NCBI GenBank assembly: GCA_030158535.1
Contig: JAOASV010000130.1
Coordinates: 1-60,693, forward strand
DNA: 60,693 bases
Direction of reading: 5' to 3'
Source: Sediminibacterium sp.
GTDB lineage: Bacteria > Bacteroidota > Bacteroidia > Chitinophagales > Chitinophagaceae
The notes beneath the pieces were generated by a model, which made no database searches, was not told the origin of the DNA, and worked only from the letters and a program-made list of their open reading frames with translations. Made by a program: the position numbers and the translations under genes. This document shows positions 19,634 to 29,000 of the stretch, piece after piece; the stretch's first letter is position 1; every line of letters starts with the position of its first letter.

Positions 19634-20500
19634 CTAAAAATTCTTCTGCATATATTTTGCATCAAGCCCAGCAGCATCTATTGGATTTGTGCCCGTAAAC
19701 GCTTCCTGCTCAACAATAAACGTTTCGAGGCCGTATTTAGCACCTGCTTTTAATACCTTTTTAAAATCGATGGTGCCTGTGCCCAGCACACATGAGTCGT
19801 GACCGTTGTTGGCTGTTTTGGTTAAGTCTTTAACGTGACAAAGCTTAAAACGGTTTGGATATTTTTTTAACCATGCAATAGGATCTTCGTTGGCTGCACG
19901 TACCCAGTAAATATCCATTTCAAAATCAACGAGTGCAGGGTCTGTGCCCATCATCATTACATCTTGAGGCATTTGACCTTGCATTGGAATAAATGAATAG
20001 TCATGATTGTGATATGCAAATCGTATACCATGCTTTTTTGCAATTTTGCCAGACTCGTTAAACTCATCTGCAAACGCTTTGTAATTATCTAGACTTTTTT
20101 GCGTGCCCTTGTGCGGACAAATTAAATACTGCATGCCAATAGCCGCCGCTTGTTCCGATTTTTTATCAAAATCTGTTAGGTTATCACAGTGGCTAGAAAC
20201 AATTTTCATACCTAAATCATCCAAATAGGTTTTAAATCCTTTGTGACCCATGCCCCAAAAAATACCTTGAGGGCCTTCATAACTTTCAATTTGTTTGTAT
20301 CCAAAACTAGCCAGCTTTGCAAGGGTACCCTTGGCATCCGCCATCATATTTTCTTTCACCGTCCACAACTGAATACCAAAGTTTGGAATTTTAAATCCTG
20401 CAGGCGCATCCAAAAAACTCGCTTTACTTAAAAAAGGCAAGCTTAATCCAGCCGCTGCAAAAGAACTATTGCGTAAAAAATCTCTTCTATTAATTGACAT
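19634..20500 (-). CDS. Tat-exported xylose-isomerase-like TIM barrel (sugar phosphate isomerase/epimerase family; candidate 3-keto-glycoside eliminase)
   Basis: NRRDFLR signal; GIQLWTV, YHNH, EMDIYW, HVKD, VEQE metal-binding motifs. Confidence 0.85.
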   Translation of the reverse strand: MSINRRDFLRNSSFAAAGLSLPFLSKASFLDAPAGFKIPNFGIQLWTVKENMMADAKGTLAKLASFGYKQIESYEGPQGIFWGMGHKGFKTYLDDLGMKIVSSHCDNLTDFDKKSEQAAAIGMQYLICPHKGTQKSLDNYKAFADEFNESGKIAKKHGIRFAYHNHDYSFIPMQGQMPQDVMMMGTDPALVDFEMDIYWVRAANEDPIAWLKKYPNRFKLCHVKDLTKTANNGHDSCVLGTGTIDFKKVLKAGAKYGLETFIVEQEAFTGTNPIDAAGLDAKYMQKNF

Positions 20501-20556
20501 CAGATAAATAATTTAAAATTGAAAAATATTGCGGCTACAAAAAAAACGCTATCTAG

Positions 20557-21096
20557 CTAGGCCCAAGCTTTATCCCCTTTTTTGTAAGGAACACATCCTT
20601 CATATTTTCCAGGAATTGCAACATAGCGGAGTGCTTGCGTAGCGCCTATTTCAGAACTAAAGTAGCCCCAAAGTGTAAGCTGCTTAATCATGGTAAAATA
20701 ATGCGTAGGCTGTTCTGCCGTTTTTGTTTCTTGGTATTTTTTTGCTTCAGCATCTAAATCAACAATCATCTTTTGCTGCGCTTCTGCATTTGCTGCACTA
20801 AACTTACTTGCTAATGCTGCTAGTCCATCTTTAAATACTTTTTGATCTTTTGCATCATAGCAATCCGTTACAATGACACCCATAAACTCACCCACTTTGG
20901 CAGCTTTTGCACCTGGTGTGTTTGTGGTAGGAATAATAATTTCTGCAATGTCATTTAACAAGCTCATGTCTGCAGCTGATAATAAGCCGGCAGCAGCATC
21001 TGGGTTTGCTTTACAACCGCTCAAAAAAGCAGATGATCCAATAATGGTTCCACCTAGTAATAGGGCAACACTTGATAAGGCTTCTCTTCTATTCAT
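20557..21096 (-). CDS. Gluconate 2-dehydrogenase subunit 3 family (LacC-like small subunit)
   Basis: MNRREAL Tat signal; IIP.T.TPGA, LTLWGYFSSEIGA, IPGKYEGC. Confidence 0.88.
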   Translation of the reverse strand: MNRREALSSVALLLGGTIIGSSAFLSGCKANPDAAAGLLSAADMSLLNDIAEIIIPTTNTPGAKAAKVGEFMGVIVTDCYDAKDQKVFKDGLAALASKFSAANAEAQQKMIVDLDAEAKKYQETKTAEQPTHYFTMIKQLTLWGYFSSEIGATQALRYVAIPGKYEGCVPYKKGDKAWA

Positions 21097-21113
21097 GGTT
21101 AATGATTGATAAA

Positions 21114-22010
21114 TTATACGTCACAAATTTTAATCGCTTGCTTTAAGGAAGCAAGTGGATCTTTAGACGCTGGAATAAATTCTTGTGCTACATACTTTGT
21201 AAACCCAGTGGCTACAATGGCTTTCATGATAGCAGGATAATACAACTCTTGTGTATCATCAATTTCATGTCTACCCGGTACACCCGCAGTATGGTAATGG
21301 CCAATGTATTCGTGGTAGGTATTGATGGTATGAATTACGTCTCCTTCATCTACTTGCATATGGTAAATGTCGTAGAGTAATTTAAAATTAGATGAACCAA
21401 TTTTTTTACAAAGTGCTACACCCCAAGCCGTTCTATCACACATATAATCTTTGTGGTCAACTTTACTATTCAGGAGTTCCATAATAATGGTCACGCCTCT
21501 TTTTTCGGCGTGTGCCATAATTTGTTTGAGACCTTCTGCACAGTTGTCAAGTCCAGTTTGATCATCAAGGGTAGCTGTTCTATTGCCACTAAAACAAATC
21601 AGATTGGTATATCCAGCATCCGCTACTAAATCGATATGCTCATTGTATTTTTGAATGAGTGTTGCATGGTTGGCTTTATCGGCCCAACCTTTTGTTAAAC
21701 TAATTTCGGCACCATTACACATGGTAGAAATAAGTCCATATTTTTTTAGTATGGGCCATTCAGAAGGGCCTATTAAATCTATACCTACTAGACCCATTTC
21801 TTTAGCAGCTTTACATAAGTCTTCTAGTGGGATGCCACTAAAACACCAACGACACACCGAGTGATTTACATTTCCTTTCAATCCTTTATACATAGGGCTT
21901 TCAGAGGTGTTTGTTGCCGCAGACGCTAGTGATCCAAGCGCACTACTTGCAGCAAAAGTAGCTGCACCAGCCACCATATTTTTAAGTACGTTTCTTCGAT
22001 TGTTAGACAT
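21114..22010 (-). CDS. Tat-exported hydroxypyruvate isomerase family TIM barrel protein
   Basis: NRRNVLK; HSVCRWC, ELLNSKVDH, LYDIYHMQ, HYHTAGVPGRHE, AQEF. Confidence 0.87.
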   Translation of the reverse strand: MSNNRRNVLKNMVAGAATFAASSALGSLASAATNTSESPMYKGLKGNVNHSVCRWCFSGIPLEDLCKAAKEMGLVGIDLIGPSEWPILKKYGLISTMCNGAEISLTKGWADKANHATLIQKYNEHIDLVADAGYTNLICFSGNRTATLDDQTGLDNCAEGLKQIMAHAEKRGVTIIMELLNSKVDHKDYMCDRTAWGVALCKKIGSSNFKLLYDIYHMQVDEGDVIHTINTYHEYIGHYHTAGVPGRHEIDDTQELYYPAIMKAIVATGFTKYVAQEFIPASKDPLASLKQAIKICDV

Positions 22011-22027
22011 GGTTTTTATCTTTTAAA

Positions 22028-23221
22028 TTAAGCTGCTACTTTATTTTTACTACGCATATAAATAAACAAACCGGCAAATGCTACCGATAAAAATACTGGA
22101 ATCAAAAGCGTGGTATTTAATACCGCTTGTCCAGCCTCTGCAGGTGTTAACGAAGAAGCTTGCAACTCCGCATAATGATCACCCATAAATATCATATACA
22201 CCGATACGGCAAACATACCAGCACCACCCATAAGGTTTAAGCCAACAGCGCCTGTTTCAGGTAAATTTTCTGCAACAAAACCAAGCATGGTAGGCCAGAA
22301 ATAACACACACCCATACCAAACACAATCGCACCCACAAACAACATATTACCTGTTGTGTGACCCATAATATAAAGTCCTACCGCCGATAATACTGCCGAT
22401 AAAAACAAAACACCTGTTGGTGAAAAGCGGTGTACCACAGGTTCTGCTAGGCCACGGCCTATCACCATAATGCCCGTTTCGATGGTTAATAACAAGAGTG
22501 CATTATCAGAAACATTTTTAAGTAACACATCAATCCACTGTCCTGTAAATAATTCGGTGATGGCAGTACCAAACATAAGTACAATCATCACTAAAAAAAG
22601 TGGATTCAGCAGCGCCTTATACATAGCAGCAGTTGAGATACCACTTGCCACACGCTCGGTAACTGGGAAGTCTAGTTTGCTGAAAAAATATCCATACAAC
22701 AAAGTAGGGATCGCCATTAATCCAACCTGTACCTGCCAACCAATTCCGGCTTTACTTAAAAAGTAAACAATGAGGGTGCCAATTACAATACCACCCGGAA
22801 ACCACAAATGAAAGTGGTTTAATTTGGTGGTTTTATTGTCCGCGTAAATCGTTGCTACAAGCGGGTTACAAGCCGCTTCCACGGTACCATTGGCAATTCC
22901 AATACAAAGGGTAGAAATAAATAAACCCCAATAACCGCCGGCAAAAACGGTGAGTAAAATGCCTGCCAAATGAAATATAAAAGCCACCAACAATAATTTT
23001 TTCATACCTATAATATCCACCACAAAACCACCTATTACAACCGCAAGTGGAAAGCCCCAAAAGGCAGTGGCAGCAATGGTTCCGAGCTGACCCGGGTTTA
23101 ACTGAAACTGTTCGCCCAACTGGCCTAAAATACCAGCGCGAATGCCAAAAGATAAGGATGTAACAAGTAACGCTAAGCAGCTGGCAATAAAGAGTTGCTG
23201 CTTTTGAATGTTGTTTTGCAT
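22028..23221 (-). CDS. MFS transporter (probable sugar uptake)
   Basis: About 12 hydrophobic segments, GGFVVDIIGMKK motif-A-like loop; likely start MQNNIQ at 23221. Confidence 0.88.
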   Translation of the reverse strand: MQNNIQKQQLFIASCLALLVTSLSFGIRAGILGQLGEQFQLNPGQLGTIAATAFWGFPLAVVIGGFVVDIIGMKKLLLVAFIFHLAGILLTVFAGGYWGLFISTLCIGIANGTVEAACNPLVATIYADNKTTKLNHFHLWFPGGIVIGTLIVYFLSKAGIGWQVQVGLMAIPTLLYGYFFSKLDFPVTERVASGISTAAMYKALLNPLFLVMIVLMFGTAITELFTGQWIDVLLKNVSDNALLLLTIETGIMVIGRGLAEPVVHRFSPTGVLFLSAVLSAVGLYIMGHTTGNMLFVGAIVFGMGVCYFWPTMLGFVAENLPETGAVGLNLMGGAGMFAVSVYMIFMGDHYAELQASSLTPAEAGQAVLNTTLLIPVFLSVAFAGLFIYMRSKNKVAA

Positions 23222-23329
23222 AATCGTAAAAGGTTCGTGATAAATTCTATTCAATAAATGTAATTTTTTTATTTTAAATGTTGACCGATAAAATTTACTT
23301 TTAGTTCCACAATTTAAAATTGAACAAAC

Positions 23330-24496
23330 ATGAACAGAAAATTAAGAATGGGCATGGTAGGCGGTGGTAAAGACGCCTTTATTGGTGCTATACATAGGCT
23401 TGCAGCCAATATGGATGGACTCATCGAACTCTGTTGTGGTGCACTTAGCATCAATCCTGAAGTGGCTAAAGAATCAGGGGCTTCCTTGTTTTTACCCGAG
23501 CATCGTACTTATTTAACCTACGATGAAATGATTACCAAAGAAAGCCAGCTTCCTGCTTCTGAAAGAATGGATTTTGTAACCATCGTAACACCCAATTTTG
23601 CACATTTTGCACCTGCTATGATGGCCCTCGATCATGGGTTTCATGTAGTCATAGAAAAACCAATAGCTTTTACCCTCGACGAAGCCAAACAACTGCACCA
23701 AAAAGTGCAGGAAACAGGACTTACGCTTTGCCTTACACATACCTACTCTGGCTACCCACTTGTAAAACAAGCAAGGGCCATGGTACAAGACAATGTTTTT
23801 GGAAAAATCAGAAAAGTATGGGTAGAATATCCGCAGGGCTGGCTTAGCAAATTAAGCGAGCGTGAAGGAAATGCGCAAGCTGCTTGGAGAACCGATCCTA
23901 AAAAATCAGGTAAAGCAGGTTGTATGGGCGATATTGGTACGCATGCTGCGCACTTAGCTGAATATATTACGGGCGCTCAAATCACACAACTTTGTGCTGA
24001 TTTAAATGCCATGGTAGAAGGGCGTATGCTCGATGATGATGGTAATGTGCTCTTACAATTTAGCAACGGTGCTAGAGGTGTTCTAATGGCATCGCAGGTT
24101 GCAGCTGGTGAAGAAAATGCATTAAAAATTAGAATCTACGGCGAAAAAGGTGGGCTTGAATGGGCACAACATGACCCTAATACATTACTTGTAAAATGGC
24201 TCGATGCGCCAACACAAATTTTACGCGCAGGTGGCAACTATGGCGACAGACTTAGCAAATACGCGATTCATAATAGTAGAACACCAGGCGGACATCCAGA
24301 AGGATACCTAGAAGCGTTTGCAAATATCTACCGCAATTTTGCGCTCACTTTATCTGCAAAAATAGATGGCACTTCACCTACACCAGAAATGTTAGATTTT
24401 CCTAACACCAACGATGGTTTAAGAGGCATGGCATTTATTGATAACGTAGTTGCTTCTGGCGCTTCGGATCAAAAATGGACACCGTATACAATTTAA
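23330..24496 (+). CDS. Cytoplasmic Gfo/Idh/MocA oxidoreductase
   Basis: GMVGGG..AFIGAIHR, VTPNFAH, EKP, GDIGTH, GHPEGYLEAFAN. Confidence 0.9.
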   Translation: MNRKLRMGMVGGGKDAFIGAIHRLAANMDGLIELCCGALSINPEVAKESGASLFLPEHRTYLTYDEMITKESQLPASERMDFVTIVTPNFAHFAPAMMALDHGFHVVIEKPIAFTLDEAKQLHQKVQETGLTLCLTHTYSGYPLVKQARAMVQDNVFGKIRKVWVEYPQGWLSKLSEREGNAQAAWRTDPKKSGKAGCMGDIGTHAAHLAEYITGAQITQLCADLNAMVEGRMLDDDGNVLLQFSNGARGVLMASQVAAGEENALKIRIYGEKGGLEWAQHDPNTLLVKWLDAPTQILRAGGNYGDRLSKYAIHNSRTPGGHPEGYLEAFANIYRNFALTLSAKIDGTSPTPEMLDFPNTNDGLRGMAFIDNVVASGASDQKWTPYTI

Positions 24497-24518
24497 ATGA
24501 CTGCATCAATCAATTACT

Positions 24519-25574
24519 ATGACAACAATTAAAGGCCCTGGTATTTTTTTAGCGCAATTTATGGGCGATACTGCACCTTTCAATTCTTTAGAAAGTATTT
24601 GCAAATGGGCGGCATCACTGGGTTTTAAAGGTGTTCAAATACCAAGCTGGGATAGCCGTTGCATTGATTTACAAAAAGCCGCCGAAAGCAAAACCTATGC
24701 CGATGAAATAAAAGGTATTGTTGCTGCAGCAGGTTTAGAAATCACCGAACTATCTACACATTTACAAGGACAGCTCGTTGCTGTAAATCCAGCGTACGAT
24801 AGTTTGTTTGATGGCTTTGCGCCAGAAAATGTGCGCGGTAATTCAAAAGCAAGAACAGAGTGGGCCGTGCAGCAATTAAAATATGCAGCAGCAGCTTCTG
24901 AAAATTTAGGATTAAATGCACACGCAACTTTTAGTGGTGCACTCTTATGGCACACTGTGTATCCTTGGCCGCAAAGACCTGCAGGACTTGTAGAAACAGG
25001 TTTTACAGAACTTGCTAAAAGATGGAAACCCATATTAGACGTTTTTGACAATCATGGTGTAGACCTTTGTTATGAAGTGCACCCTGGCGAAGATTTACAT
25101 GATGGCGTTTCTTATGAAATGTTTTTAGAAAAAGTAAACAACCACAAACGCGCATGTCTACTTTATGATCCATCACATTTTGTATTACAATGTTTAGACT
25201 ACTTAAGTTATATCGATCATTACCATGAACGCATCAAAATGTTTCATGTAAAAGATGCAGAGTTTAACCCTTCCGGTAAACAAGGGGTGTATGGTGGATA
25301 TCAAAACTGGGTAGACCGTGCTGGCAGGTTTAGGTCACTAGGTGATGGTCAGGTTAATTTTGGCGCCATATTTAGCAAATTAGCTGCTTATAACTATAGT
25401 GGCTGGGCTGTAATGGAGTGGGAATGCGCCATTAAAGACGCACAGGTAGGCGCCGCAGAGGGAGCTCCCTTTATTCAAAAAAATATTATTCAGGTAACAG
25501 AAAAAGCATTTGATGATTTTGCCGGCACTGGTGCCAACGAAAAATTAAATCGTGCCATTTTAGGAATAGATTAA
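24519..25574 (+). CDS. Sugar phosphate isomerase/epimerase (IolE/MocC-like TIM barrel)
   Basis: GPGIFLAQF, YEVHPGED, YDPSH, FHVKD, MEWEC. Confidence 0.88.
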   Translation: MTTIKGPGIFLAQFMGDTAPFNSLESICKWAASLGFKGVQIPSWDSRCIDLQKAAESKTYADEIKGIVAAAGLEITELSTHLQGQLVAVNPAYDSLFDGFAPENVRGNSKARTEWAVQQLKYAAAASENLGLNAHATFSGALLWHTVYPWPQRPAGLVETGFTELAKRWKPILDVFDNHGVDLCYEVHPGEDLHDGVSYEMFLEKVNNHKRACLLYDPSHFVLQCLDYLSYIDHYHERIKMFHVKDAEFNPSGKQGVYGGYQNWVDRAGRFRSLGDGQVNFGAIFSKLAAYNYSGWAVMEWECAIKDAQVGAAEGAPFIQKNIIQVTEKAFDDFAGTGANEKLNRAILGID

Positions 25575-25606
25575 TAACTTTAAACCCTCATTAAAAAATA
25601 GTACCC

Positions 25607-25990
25607 GTGAAAAAGATGTACCTAACACTTCCCCTATTTGCACTGATTGTAGCATGTGGAGGCGGAAATGAAAAAAAAGATGATGCAGGCACTGCCACTG
25701 CAGAAGTAGTAGACTTAAGTAGCAATCCAGATTACCAAAAAGGTTTAGAGCTTGTTGGAAAATCTGACTGCTTAACTTGTCATAAAGTAAGTGAAAAAAA
25801 TATTGGACCTGCGTACAAAGACGTCGCAGCAAAATATGAAAACACCGACGAAAATGTAAAAATGTTGGCTGGTAAAATTATCAAAGGCGGCCAGGGTGTA
25901 TGGGGCGCAATCCCAATGACACCGCACACTTCATTATCTGAAGCCGATGCCGAACAAATGGTAAAGTATATTCTACTCCTTAAAAAATAA
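25607..25990 (+). CDS. Lipoprotein c-type cytochrome (c551/c552-like)
   Basis: Lipobox LIVAC, CLTCH heme motif, GPAY, WGAIPM axial Met. Confidence 0.92.
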   Translation: MKKMYLTLPLFALIVACGGGNEKKDDAGTATAEVVDLSSNPDYQKGLELVGKSDCLTCHKVSEKNIGPAYKDVAAKYENTDENVKMLAGKIIKGGQGVWGAIPMTPHTSLSEADAEQMVKYILLLKK

Positions 25991-25994
25991 AAAT

Positions 25995-26747
25995 ATGATT
26001 GCTTCATTTTTCACTTCATTGTTATTAGGTGGCTTACTTAGTGGTACCACACCTACAACAAAACCAACGGATGCAAAACCTGCTGATTCAAAAAAAGAAG
26101 CAGTGGCGCAAAAATCAGAATGGATTTCTTTATTCAATGGTAATAATACCAAAGGATGGCATTCTTATGGTAAAGAAACAGTTGGCAAGGCATGGAAAGT
26201 AATGGACGGCGGCATTTTATACCTAGACGCTTCTAATAAATCAGATTGGCAAACCAATGGCGGTGGGGATTTAGTACACGAATTAGAACTTCAAGATTTT
26301 CATTTAAAACTCGAGTGGAAAATTTCTGCAAAAGGAAATAGTGGTATTATATTTTGGGTACAAGATGACAAATCAAAATATGATCATGTTTGGTTTACCG
26401 GACCAGAAATGCAAGTACTAGATAATGAAGGACATGGTGATGGAAAAATTTTCAACCACCGCGCGGGTAACTTGTATGATTTAATTGCAGGACCAGAAGG
26501 CGTTGTAAAACCCGTTGGCGAATGGAACCAAGCAGAAATTGTAAGCTACAGAGGTAAATTAGATTTTTACTTGAATGGCGTAAACGTAGTTTCAACAACC
26601 TATGGCGATGACGCTTGGAGAAAAATGATTGCAAATAGTAAGTTTAAATCGATGCCAGATTTTGGTAAAGTATTTACAGGTCATATTGCACTTCAAGACC
26701 ATGGCGATAATGTGTGGTATAAAAATATCATGGTTAAAAAGTTATAA
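25995..26747 (+). CDS. DUF1080 (3-keto-disaccharide hydrolase / hydratase family)
   Basis: WISLFNG, NSGI, GPEMQVLD, GNLYD, GEWN, GHIALQDHG; signal peptide. Confidence 0.92.
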   Translation: MIASFFTSLLLGGLLSGTTPTTKPTDAKPADSKKEAVAQKSEWISLFNGNNTKGWHSYGKETVGKAWKVMDGGILYLDASNKSDWQTNGGGDLVHELELQDFHLKLEWKISAKGNSGIIFWVQDDKSKYDHVWFTGPEMQVLDNEGHGDGKIFNHRAGNLYDLIAGPEGVVKPVGEWNQAEIVSYRGKLDFYLNGVNVVSTTYGDDAWRKMIANSKFKSMPDFGKVFTGHIALQDHGDNVWYKNIMVKKL

Positions 26748-26768
26748 CCACTCAATCCTATTTTATAT

Positions 26769-26801
26769 AAAAGAGTTGCCCACAAAGGCAGCTCTTTTTT
26801 T
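26769..26801 (+). terminator. Intrinsic terminator after DUF1080 gene
   Basis: AGAGTTGCC-cacaaa-GGCAGCTCT followed by a T-run. Confidence 0.85.
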
Positions 26802-26825
26802 GTACTAAAACCTTACTTTAGCGTC

Positions 26826-27263
26826 ATGAATCATTTGCCCGACGAATACTATATGGAGGAAGCTTTAAAGGAAGCAAACCTCGCATTTGAGGCAGATGAA
26901 GTGCCCGTAGGTGCCGTGGTGGTGGTAAATGGCAAAATCATCGCAAGAGGCCATAACCAGGTAGAACTTTTAAACGATTCTACGGCACATGCCGAAATAT
27001 TAGCCCTCACCTCTGCATATAGTTCTATGGGGGCAAAATACCTCCCAGAAGCCACTTTATACGTAACCCTAGAACCCTGCATGATGTGCGCAGGTGCGCT
27101 CTACTGGGGTAAAGTAAGTCGTATCGTTTACGGTGCCTCCGACGAAAAAAATGGGTATCAGAAAATAGCCCAACCTTTTGGACCTAAAATAGAAATTGTT
27201 GGGGGCGTTTTAGCCGCAGAATGCAGTTGGCTCATCAAAACCTTTTTTAAAAACAAACGTTAA
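26826..27263 (+). CDS. tadA: tRNA adenosine deaminase (TadA family)
   Basis: EVPVGAVVV, AHAE, LYVTLEPCMMCAG zinc motifs. Confidence 0.88.
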   Translation: MNHLPDEYYMEEALKEANLAFEADEVPVGAVVVVNGKIIARGHNQVELLNDSTAHAEILALTSAYSSMGAKYLPEATLYVTLEPCMMCAGALYWGKVSRIVYGASDEKNGYQKIAQPFGPKIEIVGGVLAAECSWLIKTFFKNKR

Positions 27264-27267
27264 GCAT

Positions 27268-27298
27268 TTTGATAGGCTCCAATTAGAGTGTAGCTTTG
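27268..27298 (+). promoter_or_regulatory. sigma-A promoter for sodA
   Basis: TTTG (27268-27271) N19 TAGCTTTG (27291-27298). Confidence 0.7.
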
Positions 27299-27331
27299 CG
27301 TTTTAATTTATTACTTTTTAAAAATACAATT

Positions 27332-27937
27332 ATGTCATTTACACTTGCACCTTTACCCTATGCACATGATGCATTAGAACCACATATCGATACCACTACC
27401 ATGCAAATTCACCATGGTAAACACCACCAAGCTTATGTAGATAATTTAAACAAAGCAGTGGCAGGTACCGAGCATGAATCAAAAACCATAGAAGAACTAG
27501 TGGCTGCTGCAGGAAGCATTAGCCCTGCTGTTCGTAACAACGGTGGCGGACATTGGAACCATACATTTTTCTGGGAAAGTTTAGCCCCCAATGCTGGCGG
27601 TGCGCCAACGGGTGCATTAGCAGAAGCGATTGATGCTGCTTTTGGTTCATTCGATGCATTCAAAGAAAAATTTGCTGCGGCTGGCCTTACTCGTTTTGGA
27701 AGTGGTTGGGCTTGGTTAGTAGTTGTTGATGGCAAACTAGTGGTTTCTTCTACCCCAAATCAAGACAATCCATTAATGGACGTTGCAGAAGTAAAAGGTA
27801 CCCCAATTTTAGGCGCTGATGTTTGGGAACACGCTTATTATTTAAAATATCAAAACCGCAGAGCAGATTATTTAGCTGCGTTTTGGAATGTTGTAAACTG
27901 GAATACAGTAGCAGCGCGTTTTACTGCGGCTTCTTAG
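27332..27937 (+). CDS. sodA: Superoxide dismutase, Mn-type signature
   Basis: [29 protein letters not shown]; start ATG 27332. Confidence 0.92.
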   Translation: MSFTLAPLPYAHDALEPHIDTTTMQIHHGKHHQAYVDNLNKAVAGTEHESKTIEELVAAAGSISPAVRNNGGGHWNHTFFWESLAPNAGGAPTGALAEAIDAAFGSFDAFKEKFAAAGLTRFGSGWAWLVVVDGKLVVSSTPNQDNPLMDVAEVKGTPILGADVWEHAYYLKYQNRRADYLAAFWNVVNWNTVAARFTAAS

Positions 27938-27946
27938 TATAATAAA

Positions 27947-28177
27947 TTACGGAACAGGGTCATAACCATGACCTCCACCCGGTCTACATTTACTGATACG
28001 GATTATTGAGAGGTACATACCTTTAAATAATCCGTATTTTTTTAGGGCATCTACAGCGTAATGAGAACAGGTGGGTGTAAACCTACACTTAGGTCCAAGC
28101 GCTGGCGAAATCACGTACTGATAAAATTTAATGACCCCAATAAATGGAATACTCAGTATTTGCCAAATTATTTTCAT
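27947..28177 (-). CDS. yidD: Membrane protein insertion efficiency factor
   Basis: [23 protein letters not shown]. Confidence 0.95.
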   Translation of the reverse strand: MKIIWQILSIPFIGVIKFYQYVISPALGPKCRFTPTCSHYAVDALKKYGLFKGMYLSIIRISKCRPGGGHGYDPVP

Positions 28178-28560
28178 CCCAGTTGTTTGATTAATTTTTC
28201 TATAACTGCTGGCATCAAATCTTGCAGTGCCGCAGTGGTTGGCATTTGTTTATCAATCCATAAAATAAATACTGCAACGCTTTTTTGTTGCGCCACTAAA
28301 TGTTCGTGTAAAGGAAGTTTATGCAAGCGGTAGGCTTCACGCATGCGTCTTTTAATGGTATTACGGTCTACTGCTTTTTTAAAATTTCTTGCAGAAACGC
28401 CCACACCTACTTGCACAGGATGCATTGGTGTATTCTCGACGGGTAAGTAAAATACTTTAACCGGAAACGCAGATATACTTTTTCCTTTCGCAAACAGAAG
28501 TTCAATTTGTTTGCGGCTTTTTAATTTTTCAAATTTGTTATAGGAAAAAGTACCAGTCAT
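28174..28560 (-). CDS. rnpA: Ribonuclease P protein component
   Basis: EKLKSRKQI and [18 protein letters not shown] (RNR motif). Confidence 0.95.
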   Translation of the reverse strand: MTGTFSYNKFEKLKSRKQIELLFAKGKSISAFPVKVFYLPVENTPMHPVQVGVGVSARNFKKAVDRNTIKRRMREAYRLHKLPLHEHLVAQQKSVAVFILWIDKQMPTTAALQDLMPAVIEKLIKQLG

Positions 28561-28587
28561 ATTTTAAAAATGGGACTACACTAAATT

Positions 28588-28617
28588 AAAAAAGTCCTGC
28601 TTATAAAAGCAGGACTT
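28588..28617 (-). terminator. Intrinsic terminator between rpmH and rnpA
   Basis: AAGTCCTGCTT-ataa-AAGCAGGACTT; the A-run on the + strand gives a U-tract on the minus transcript. Confidence 0.8.
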
Positions 28618-28674
28618 ATATTGTAAAATCTTGAGGATCACTAACACTACTATGTTAGCGGATTCCTGTTCGGT

Positions 28675-28830
28675 TTATTTTAAACCTTTCTCGCTAGAAA
28701 CAGTTAGTTTCTTGCGGCCTTTTTTACGACGGCTTGCCAATACTTTACGTCCATTAGCAGATTCCATTCTTTTACGAAATCCGTGAACTGTTTTACGGCG
28801 GCGCTTATGCGGTTGAAATGTACGTTTCAT
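28675..28830 (-). CDS. rpmH: 50S ribosomal protein L34
   Basis: Below the ORF-track cutoff; manual translation [51 protein letters not shown] (51 aa). Confidence 0.97.
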   Translation of the reverse strand: MKRTFQPHKRRRKTVHGFRKRMESANGRKVLASRRKKGRKKLTVSSEKGLK

Positions 28831-28913
28831 AACTTGCGTTTTTTAACTAACCCTTTAATCTTGTTTCGTTTCATATACGGCAGTCACCATGCTGCTGTCT
28901 TGTGAAAGGACGG

Positions 28914-28921
28914 CAAAAGTA
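28914..28921 (-). promoter_or_regulatory. -7 promoter element for rpmH
   Basis: TACTTTTG on the minus strand, 83 nt upstream of the ATG. Confidence 0.65.
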
Positions 28922-29000
28922 AGGAAAAGTAGGTGTAAGTTAAAAAAGGAAGAAAGATTTTTTTTAACTCCCTGATAATCAGCCTCAAAAAAGTCAATTA

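Noticed and set aside
28561-29000. Replication origin next to rpmH-rnpA
   Set aside because: No dnaA or dnaN nearby and no cluster of TTATCCACA-like boxes in the intergenic DNA
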